Assembly: GCF_004010195.1 (NCBI RefSeq) | Contig: NC_057751.1 | Coordinates: 9,121,611-9,185,610, forward strand | Source of the DNA: Chiloscyllium plagiosum | Lineage: Eukaryota | Length of the DNA: 64,000 nucleotides | Direction: 5' to 3' | Shown here: positions 54,841 to 64,000 of the stretch, piece by piece | Layout of the letters: each line of letters begins with the position of its first letter | How positions within the stretch are numbered: the stretch's first letter is position 1 | Translations under genes and position numbers: made by a program | Notes under the pieces: model-generated | What the model saw: the letters and a program-made list of their open reading frames with translations, nothing else | The model's database searches: none | What the model was told of the DNA's origin: nothing

Positions 54841-55243
54841 TCGTCTGCTCCACAAAGGGAAATATTCTTTCATCATACACCATCAATTCACCTCAAGATG
54901 ACCTCACATTCTTCTGAACATCAATAAATACAGACCAACCTGTCCAACCTTTCCTCATAAAATAACCTCTTCACCCCATTAATCAGTCAAGGCAAACTTT
55001 TCTGAACTGGTTCTCCAATTTTTCCTATCTTAAATAAGGTGAGCAAAACTGTACACACCACTCTACATCTGGTCTCACGAATTCTGTCTACAACGCAGCC
55101 AACACCCCTGATTTTATATCCGGTTCTCCTTGGAACAATAACAAATTACATTCATCTTCCAAATCTCTTCAGCTACACCATATTATTGTGAACCATGTTC
55201 TAGCTCGTTCTGTGCCTCAGAGTTCTGCAATCTCTTTCCACTT

Positions 55244-55409
55244 ATGATTTGGAGATGCCGGTGTTGGACTGGGGTGTACAAAGTTAAAAATCACACAACA
55301 CCAGGTTATAGTCCAACAGGTTTAATTGGAAGCACACTAGCTTTAGGAGCGTAGTGTGCTTCCAATTAAACCTGTTGGACTATAACCTGGTGTTGTGTGA
55401 TTTTTAACT
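55244..55409. mobile_element. Fold-back Penelope-type element: perfect 58-bp arms, 12-nt loop, 12-bp TSD
   Basis: Arms 55282-55339 and 55352-55409 are exact complements; TSD ctctttccactt at 55232-55243 and 55408-55419. Confidence 0.9.
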
Positions 55410-56745
55410 CTTTCCACTTCGCTATTCTGCTTTTCTATTATTCTTACCAAAGTGGAGAAGTTTACATTTTTCAGCATGAAATTCCATCTGCCAAACATGA
55501 GCCCACATTGTCTATCAATAACCCTTTACAGACACCTTACATCCTCTTCAGGAATTATTTTCTGCCGATCTTTTTGTCATCAGCAAATTTAGCAACCATC
55601 CATGCAATCCCTTCATCAAGGTCATTGACACAGATTATAAATCGGTGAAACTTCTGGCCTGATCTCACATCATGCAAATCTGAAAATTGCCCATTTATGC
55701 CTCCACTCTATTTGCTTTGAGATAATCAAGCCTCTTTCCATGTTGGAAGAAATTACTGTAGATGCTGAAGACAAGAAATGCTGGAGATCAGACAGCATGC
55801 ATGGAGAGAGAGCAAGCCAACATTTCAAGTCGAGATGACTCTTCTTCAAAGCTTAAGTGTGGAGGGGACAGCATTTATACATTAGTCTGGGAGAGGTGAG
55901 GAGGGTGGGGGGCTGGTGGTACATTGCTGGTGAAGAAAGAATGTTGATAGTTCAGTTTAAGTGATCAGAATATGAGACTGGAGGAACAATGGTGTGTCTC
56001 CTGCTCGACTTGGAAGGTTACGAAGTGGGGTGGGGAGGAGAGGTCATGATAAAGAAATGGAAAAAAATGTTCACAATTTTAAAGGTGTTGAACTCAAAGG
56101 TTAGTCCAGAATGCTGTAAAATGCCTAGTCAGAGAGTCATAGAGATGTACAGCACAGAAACTGACCCTTTGGTCGAACTCGTCCATGCCGACCAGATATT
56201 CCAATCTAGTCCCAATTGCCAGTACTTGGCCCATATCCCTCTGAACCCTTCCTATTTATATACTCATCCAGATGCCTTTTAAATGTCACAATTGCACCAG
56301 CCTCCACTACTTCCTCTGGCAGCTCATTCCATACAGGGACCACCCTCTGCGGGAAAAAGTTACCCCTTAGGTCCCTCTCACCCTAAACCTATGCCCTCTA
56401 GTCTGGGGAAAAGACCTTGTCTATTTACCCTATCCATGCCCCTCATTATTTTATAAACCTCTATATGGTCACCCCTCAGCCTCCAACCCTCCAGGAAAAA
56501 CAGCCCTAGCCTATTCAACCTCTCCCGATAGCTCAAATCCTTCAGCCCTGGCAACATCCTTGTAAATCTTTTCTGAACCCTTTCAGGTTTCACAACATCC
56601 TTCTGATAGGAAGGAGACCAAAATTATACGCAACGTTCCAAAAGTGGCTGAAGCAACGTCCTTTACAGCTACAACATGACCTCCCAATTCCTATAATCAA
56701 CAATCTGACCAATAAAGGAAAGCATACTAAACTCCTTCTTCACCA

Positions 56746-56862
56746 GGCGAAAGTGAGTACTTGCAGATTCTACTGTTTAGAGTCAAGATTAGAGTGGTGC
56801 TGGAAAAGCACAGCAGGTCAGGCAGCATCCGAGGAACAGGAAAATTGACATTTTGGGAGGAA
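56746..56862 (-). mobile_element. Single arm of the Penelope-type family seen at 7977-8115
   Basis: gtggtgctggaaaagcacagcaggtcaggcagcatccgagga matches that family; it interrupts the CR1. Confidence 0.75.
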
Positions 56863-57836
56863 TTTCAAGGAGCTACGAACCTGCACTCCAAAGTCTCTTT
56901 GTTCAGTGACACTCCCTACGACTGTACCATTAAGTGTATAGGTCCTGCTCTGATTTGCTTTTCCAAAATGCAGCACCTCACATTTGTGTAAATTTAACTC
57001 CATCTGCCACTCCTGAGCCCACTGGTCCATCTGATCAAGATCCCGTTGTAATCTGAGGTAACCTTCATTGCTGTCCACTACACCTGCAATTTTGGTGTCA
57101 TCTACAAACTTACTAACTATACTTCCTATGTTCACATCCAAATCATTTATATAAATGACAAAAAGTAGTGGACCCAGCAGCGGTCCTTGTGGCACTCCAC
57201 TGGTCACAGGCCTCCAGTCTGAAAAGCAACCCTCCACCATCACTCTCTGTCTTCTACATTCAAGCCAGTTCTGTATCCAAATGGCTACTATCCCTTTATT
57301 CCATGAGATCTAACCTTGCTAAACAGTTTCCCATGGGGAACCTTGTTGAATGTCTTACTGAAGTCCATATAGATCACGTCCACCACTCATCAATCCTCTT
57401 TGTTACTTCTTGAAAAAACTCAATCAAGTTCATGAGACATGATTTCCCACGCAGAAAGCCATGTTGACTATCCTTAATCAGTCGTTGCCTTTCCAAATAC
57501 GTGTAAATCCTGTCCCTCAGGACATGCTCCAATGACTTGCCCACCACTGACGTCAGGCTCACTGGTCTATAGTTCCTTGGCTTGTCCTTACCACCTTTCT
57601 TAAACAGTGGCACTACATTAGCCAACCTCCAGTCTTCCAGCACCTCACCTGTGACTATCAATGATACAAATATTTCAGTAAGAGGCCCAGCAATTACTTC
57701 CCTAGCCTCCCACAGAGTTCTAGAGTACACCTGATCAGGTCCTGGGGATTTATCCACTTTATGTGTTTCAAGACATTCAGAACCTCCTCCTCTGTAATAT
57801 GGACATTTTTCAAAATGTCACCATCTATTTCCCCAC

Positions 57837-58044
57837 TACAGCGGACAGCTGAAACTGACAACCGGAAGCGGCAGGGACAGACCACTATAAACGCCGGAGG
57901 AAACATCAAAGAAGCGCTTCGCAGGAGGCTCCCAAGCACTGATGATGTCGCCTAGCCAGGGGACGAAACGTTTGCAACAAAAACTTTCAGCTCGGCGAAC
58001 AGAACCACAACAACGAGCACCCGAGCTACAAATCTTCGCACAAA
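57837..58044 (+). mobile_element. Young CpG-rich Penelope-type 3' fragment inserted in the CR1
   Basis: Interrupts the CR1 ORF2; imperfect TSD ctatttccccac (57825-57836) and ctattcctccac (58045-58056); contains a hammerhead motif. Confidence 0.75.
57936..57975 (+). ncRNA. Minimal type I hammerhead ribozyme
   Basis: gca-CTGATGA-t-gtcgcct-agcc-aggggac-GAAAC-GTT-tgc: complete core, stem I gca/tgc, stem II with one mismatch, palindromic AACGTT stem III. Confidence 0.8.
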
Positions 58045-58749
58045 CTATTCCTCCACATTCTAGATCTTCCATAGTATACACTGATACAAAATACATCTCC
58101 TGCAGCACCACACAAAGACTGCCTTGCTGATCTTTGAGGGGCCCTATTTGCTCTCTCGCTACCCTTTTGTCCTTCATGTATTTATGAAAACCCTTTGGAT
58201 TCTCCTTAACCCCATTTGTCAAAGCTATCTCATTGTCCCCTTTTTGCCCTCCTGATTTCCCTCTTAAGTAAACTCCTACTGCCTTTACACTCTTCTAAGT
58301 ACACATTCCTATGTATATCTGACATGCTTCCTTTTCTTTCTTAACCGAATCTGAAGATGAGGTATAGTTCCTCCAGTTGGTCAACACTGTTAAAGTGTGA
58401 ACATTTCTTCCCTTTCGTTTAGCTTGATATCATGTCCTCCCCTCACTCCTCTCCCAACCAGCAACATCTTTTCTTCACTGTACCCTTCACCCATTGTCCC
58501 AGCACCTGCCCCGTTAAACTATAGCATAAATGCTGTCCCCTCCACACTTACTTCAGATCTGATGAACAGTCATCGAGCCTCAAAATGTTAGCTTTCTCTC
58601 TCTCTCCATGAATGCTGTCTGACCTGCTGTGATCTTCAGCATTTCTTGTCTTCAGTACTCTTTTCATGTTATGTTAACCCCAAATCACAAGCTCTTAATT
58701 AATGTCACACCTTGTCAAATGAGATATTCATAATGATTCGATCTTGACA

Positions 58750-59750
58750 CATATCTAAGCACTTTTTAAAAGTTAAAATTAACTGAATAATGATGAACAG
58801 TCTAATTCTACATGCAGAAATAACAACCCATTTGAAAAATTGATGTCTCAGATTTTAAGAGTGCTGGATTTTACCAAAGTAGCTCACATTTCCTGACAAT
58901 GCAAGAGATTTGCTTCAACTATCAAGTGACGAAACAAGTTTTATGACAAAAGTCAGATGTATTTAATTTTTCACATTAATCTGTTAAAAATATTTATTCT
59001 ATATTTCTTTCCGACAAACTGAAACATGGACCTTTTTCATAACTCACTCAGATGGTCATTCCTCAATGCATCACAGTGTCAGTGGTCTGCAACAGAATGA
59101 GACGCACCAAAGCTGAGCGCAACCAGGTCTTATGCCATACACACACTAGTTCTTCCTAATACAAATCATCATCTAGTGATCTGCTGTGGATGGTCTATCT
59201 GAATTTACTGCCCCTTCCTCACCCAGTGAGCACTAAACCTGCAAAATCCCTGCTATCAAATGCATTTTGGGTGCCAAATATACCAAGTAAGCCATTTGGG
59301 AATTTTGATGCACTCGTATCACATGAAGTTTTATCCCAGGAGCACTCGTTTGTGAAGTCTCAGTTCTAGGGATTATGAATACACGAACAGGTATATCAAG
59401 AATATAAAGTGGAGAATGACGATTAAAGCTGCCGAGTCCATTCCCATTACACTCAACACTACAGATTCAAATTCCTGTGCTATAATCTCGATGGCTCAAA
59501 CAAAGTAAAGAGCTTGCAAAATCTTTAAAGGTGGATGAAGGAAAAGTGAATACCTATCGATAAATAAACAGAATAACAGTGGTTAGAGAAGGGCAAAAAC
59601 ATCTTCGAGAGAAAGAATAATGTAAACAGTCTTTGAAAAACAAGGAGCAGTGTCAGGAGGAGAGAGCAGGTGCAGATTGCAAGATGAAGTATCTGAAAGA
59701 ACAGCTTCCATAATGGGACTGGATGAGACAGGAAATAATCTGTGACTGAT
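58750..59750 (+). other. Probable inverted N-terminal part of the same viral L-gene EVE
   Basis: + strand translation gives ETWTFFITHSDGHS (59021-59062, cf. GHP), DD/KA with a 1-nt insertion (59418-59430, cf. DKA/DKS) and SLKNKE-x11-KMKY (59630-59692, cf. motif F). Order and spacing are L-like. Confidence 0.5.
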
Positions 59751-59754
59751 GTGG

Positions 59755-60095
59755 GAACACAGGAACAGGAGGAGGCCATTCACTCATCAAGCCTGCTCCG
59801 CCATTTAATACGATCCTGGCTGATCAAGCACATCAATGCCTTTTACCCACACTATCCTCATTTACATGATTGATAAACACAAATTTATCGACCTCTACTT
59901 TAAATATGTTCAAATAATGAGCTTCCAGAGCCCTTTGGGTTCCAGAATTTGAAAGATTTGATACCTTCTGTATAAAATAAATTCTCTTTACCTTGGTCCA
60001 AAATGACATGCCCCTTATTTTTGATTTGTGCCCATGGTTCAAGGCTCCCCGACAGGGAAACATCTTACCTGCATCTACCCTTTCTATACCTTGAT
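59755..60095 (-). mobile_element. CR1 3' fragment
   Basis: gaacacaggaacaggaggaggccattc tail; GIERVDAGKMFP on the - strand. Confidence 0.85.
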
Positions 60096-60879
60096 TCCCT
60101 GAAGGACCAGGAGTGTGAGCACCTAGGACTGGAAGCAATTGTTTTGATCAGGTGTGACAAGACTATGTAACAGTGTCAGAGAACCATGCTCCCCCAAAAC
60201 TGCTCCCAAACATAAATGTATGTAAGATCAGTCACCAAAGCAGCCGTGATGCTCCATTATTCATCCTTTGTTTGCAAAGTGCTCTATAATTGCTGGTGTA
60301 ATTGGCTCAGCATGTGGAAGGGCTTGCGCAATTACCAAGCATAAAGATCACGTAATTTATTGACTGTCAGACAAGAACAACAGTTTAATTACCTGTGCTT
60401 GCAATGATTAAACAGGCCACAAAAACACAATCAGAGGCAGCAATTTCTTTGTGACTAGTGTTAAGATGAAATGAGACATTAATAATTTAGTAGTTTTAAT
60501 TCACCCGATGAGAAGATTCAGATGTTCAGAGCTACATAGAATTATTAATTTAAACACATTCTGATCTCTTTTGTGTTTCTCCTTCCCATGTCTGAATATT
60601 AGTGCTCTACGTCAGAACAAAACCCTTTTCTCCTCAACTGCTCAACTTTTCAGCAGTCAATTCAGAACTTGAATCCCACTCTTCTATCTCAGCAGACTCT
60701 AATATCACCCCTGCAATATTTCTAAAAAAAACCAAGACTTCCTGTCTTAATGTGTTTCCACTGTGCAGTTTAATTCTGCATTCAGAAATGGTCATTCTTC
60801 ACACCTTGGATTTCCTTTGCATATGCCAAAAGACAGCAACATTTTCCAGTACATAACATCTGGAAAGAGACAAACACTA

Positions 60880-61027
60880 AAATAAAATAAAGAGCTGTGG
60901 ATGGTAAGATCTGAAACAGAACACAAATTGCTGGAGAAACTCAGCAGGTCTGGCAGCAGCTGTTGAGAGAAAGCAGAGTTAAACTGAGTCAGCATTCTGA
61001 AGATGGGTCCCGCGATTTGAACCATTT
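60880..61027. mobile_element. Penelope-type short element remnant with a decayed hammerhead
   Basis: tgctggagaaactcagcaggtctggcagc arm, then ttCTGAAGAtgggtc..tGAACcatt. Confidence 0.6.
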
Positions 61028-61029
61028 GT

Positions 61030-63020
61030 AAGTTATTTGGGTGGAACTAAGAAATAAGAAAGGGATGATCACTTTATTGGGATTGTATTATAGAGCCCCT
61101 AATAGTCAGAGGGAAATTCAGAAACAAATTTGTAAGGAGATCTCAGGCATCTGTAAGAATAATAGGCTGGTTATGGTTGGCGATTTTAACTTTCCAAACA
61201 TAGACTGGGACTGCCATAATGTGAAGCGTTTAGATGGAGAGGAATTTGTTAAGTGTGTACAAGAAAACTTTCTGATTCAGTATGTGGATGTACCTACTAG
61301 AGAAGGTGCAAAACATGATCTACTTTTGGGAAATAAGGCAGGGCAAGTGACTGAGGTGTCAAGTTGGGGAGCACTTTGAGGCCAGCGACCATAATTCTAT
61401 TCGTTTTAAAATAGTGATGTAAAAGGATAGACCGGATCTAAAAGTTAGAGTTCTAAATTGGAGGAAGGCCAATCTTGGTGGTATTAGGCAAGAACTTTAA
61501 AAAGTTGATTGGGGTGGATATTCGTACGTAAAAGGATGGTTGGAAAATGGGAAGCCTTCAGAAATAAGATAGGAAGGAGACCAACGTTGCACACAATATT
61601 CCAACAGTGGCCTAACCAATGTCCTGCACAGCCTCAACACGACCTCCCAATTCCTGTACTCAATACTCTGACCAATAAAGGAAAGTATACCAACGCCTTC
61701 TTCACTATCCTATCTACCTGCAACTCCACTTTCAACAAGCCGTGAACCTGCACTCCAAGGTCTCTTTGATCAGCAACACTTCCTAGGACTTTACCATTAA
61801 GTATATAAGTCCTGCTAAAATTTGCTTTCCCAAAATGCAGCACCCAACAACTTCATCTGCCATTTCTCAGCCCATTGGCCCATTGTAATCTGAGGTAACC
61901 TTCTTCGCTGTCCACTACATCTCCAATTTTGGTATGATCTGCAAACTTGCTAACTATACCTCTTATGCTCACATTCAATCCATTTATATAAATGATGAAA
62001 AGAAGTGGACACAGCACCTATCCTTGTGGCACTCCACTTCCAGTCTGAAAAACAACCCTCCACCACGACCCTCTCTCTTCTACCTTTGAGCCAGTTCAGT
62101 ATTCAAATGGCTTGTTCTCCCTGTATTCCATGAGATCTAACCTTGCTAACCATTCTCCCATGGGGAACATTGTCGAACGCCTTACTGAAGTCCATATAGA
62201 TCACGACTACAGCTCTGCCCTCATCAATCCTTTTTGTTACTTTTGCAAAAAACTCAATCAAGTTTGTGAGACATGATTTCCTACATACAAAGCCATGTTG
62301 ACTATCGCTAATCAGTCCTTGCCTTTCCAAACACATGTACATCCTGTCCCTCAGGACTCCCTCCAACAACTTGCCCACTACCAACGCCAGGCTCACTGGT
62401 CTATAGTTCCGTGGCTTTTCCTTATCACCTTTCTTAAACAGTGGCACCACGTTAGCCAACCTCCAGTCTTCCAGCACCTCACCTGTGACTATCAATGAGA
62501 CAAATATTTCAATAAGAGGCCTAGCAATTATTTCGCTAGCCTCCCACAGAGCTCTAGAGTACACCGGATCAGGTCCTGGGGATTTATCCACTTTATGCAT
62601 TTCAAGACACCCAGCACTTCCTCCTCTGTAATATGGACAATTTTTAAGATGTTACCAAGGTAACCACCCTGGATGTATTTCCGGGAATATCCTCCCTCAG
62701 TACAGCTGTAATGTTATCCCTCATCAAAAATGCCACTCTCCCTCCTCTTGCCTCCCTTACTATCCTTCCTGTAGCATTTGTATCCTGGAACATTAAGCTG
62801 CCAGTCCTGTTCATCCCTGAGCCATGTTTCTGTAATTGCTATGATATCCCAGTCCCATGTTCCTAACCATGCCCTGAGTTCATCTGCTTTCTCTGTTAGG
62901 CCCCTTGCATTGTAATAAATGCAGTTTAATTTATCGATCCTACCTTTTTCTATGCTTTGTCCCTGACTGTTTGACTCACTTCTGTTCTCAACTGTACCAC
63001 TCTCAGATTGATCTCTTTCC
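61030..63020. mobile_element. Rearranged CR1-clade LINE (EN C-half on +, 61030-61568; RT on -, 61569-62656; EN N-half on -, 62665-63020)
   Basis: VELRNKKG..YYRAPN..VGDFNFP on +; KSPGPD..YMDFSKAFD on -; NARGL..IAITETW..GNTSR on -. Confidence 0.88.
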
Positions 63021-63454
63021 AGATATTACTAATCTCAAGGCCTTCAGGCAGATCTTTCTCAGGATCTCATTGCCAGAAGTGAACCTGCCACATTGGCTCA
63101 TTCTTACATGGTTCTGGCTAATCAGTGTGTGGGTGAAGGTGAGGATATGATCCACTTTTGTTCAATCAAATCTCTGTTACTAAAGGCCTTAATAAATAAA
63201 GGCCTCAACAAAGAATAATTTTTCAGTTGCCATTCAGCTTCTTTGTGACAGTCAAACAAGGTACATTATCTCAGTAATTTATGGATGACTGGAATGTGCA
63301 GGCCTAATCTCATTCAGGTGAAGACTCTCTCTCACAGTCAAAGGTGTTTTCAATGTGTCCTACTTTTTTTTAACTGTCTCACCATATTTTTTAAACCATT
63401 CAATATTCTTTTGTTGGTTCTGAAGAAGTTGCTTAATTTTTTCCTTCTTTATTT

Positions 63455-64000
63455 TGTAAATGATTTTATTGAGAAAAAGATTTTGATTTTTTTACAAAAC
63501 TGCAAAATAGTATAACAATCTTATATTATAACAACAGTAACAGTAAACAAACTGCTACTCTACTCCACAACAATTTTAAAAGAAAAAGAAAGAAAACAGA
63601 AAACCATTTGCAAACTACAAATCAATAAATAAATTAAACAAAAAAAAAAATTAAATCAAATTGAACCAAGGCAAATTAAATTAAGTTAGAACACTCAGCG
63701 CAACCCCACCAAAGCTCCCCATCACCAAGAGCATCAGTTGGCATCGCCATTTGTATTCGTAATTCCTCCTCCCAGGGGCCCCCGGCCCACCAGACACAGC
63801 CCTTACAGCTATGCAAAGGCCCTAACCAATATAGCCGACAAGTCTGTGTCTATGTAGTTCAAAAAGGACCGCCACATCCTAGAAAAGAGTTACATTTGTT
63901 ACCATACTTGTAAGGAAGTTCAGGGGGATGTGCTTCACAACTAACCCTTGCCACCCAGAGAGCCCTGGGGGATTCTCCGACACCAAACTGATCAGAATGT
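63455..64000 (-). mobile_element. 3' end of an L1-clade LINE, running off the window
   Basis: - strand ILISLVSENPPGLSGWQGLVVKHIPL resembles an L1 ORF2 C-terminus; T-rich 3' UTR and AATAAA (tttatt at ~63465). Confidence 0.65.

Larger units (their letters stand above)
56131..58350 (-). mobile_element. CR1-clade LINE, 5'-truncated RT
   Basis: KSPGPD, NYRPVSLTSVVGK, SQHGF, SGVPQG, KFVDDTK and LRGDHIEVYKIM. Confidence 0.94.
55748..58657. mobile_element. Penelope-derived element with inverted terminal repeats, each with a decayed hammerhead, split by a younger CR1
   Basis: ~55765-55880 is the reverse complement of ~58525-58655. CTGATGA at 58559-58565 on + and tTGAAGA..GAAAT on - at ~55816-55852; flanks ctctttccatgtt and ctcttttcatgtt. 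Confidence 0.7.
54845..58720 (-). mobile_element. Old CR1 fragment (54845-55740, 58660-58720) hosting a nested stack of younger elements
   Basis: tttgtcatcagcaaatt (FADDK antisense), aaactgtacacaccact and caccttgtcaaatg (AFDKV antisense). Confidence 0.75.

Noticed and set aside
1..64000. CRISPR arrays, operons or other prokaryotic systems
   Set aside because: The sequence is vertebrate intron-exon DNA; no repeat-spacer array or operon structure was seen.

Overview
Eukaryotic, AT-rich, repeat-dense vertebrate DNA. The SINE and CR1 repertoire points to a cartilaginous fish, probably a shark (inference). The only host gene I can support is the 3' half of an EBF/COE transcription factor, most like EBF2, on the + strand. 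It has six coding exons (7213-7301, 13085-13150, 16672-16849, 21506-21691, 27141-27323, 44108-44139) that splice in frame through GT-AG sites, followed by a probable long 3' UTR to about 48.35 kb. Introns and flanks hold CR1-type LINEs (one near full length, with an esterase ORF1 and an assembly gap), SINEs, solo LTRs and an L1 3' end. Three things stand out. (1) A heavily degraded endogenous copy of a negative-strand RNA virus (Mononegavirales-like) L polymerase gene lies downstream of the gene. Its RdRp/PRNTase/MTase part is on the - strand (~54840 down to ~50250) and its N-terminal part appears inverted on the + strand (~58750-60330), an arrangement resembling a twin-primed retro-insertion. 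(2) About a dozen Penelope-type short elements carry minimal hammerhead-ribozyme motifs, several collapsed into long hairpins with target-site duplications. (3) Several template-switch scars are present. Viral motif assignments come from manual translation across stops and frameshifts, and need a profile search to confirm. Repeat boundaries are approximate unless exact arms or TSDs are given.
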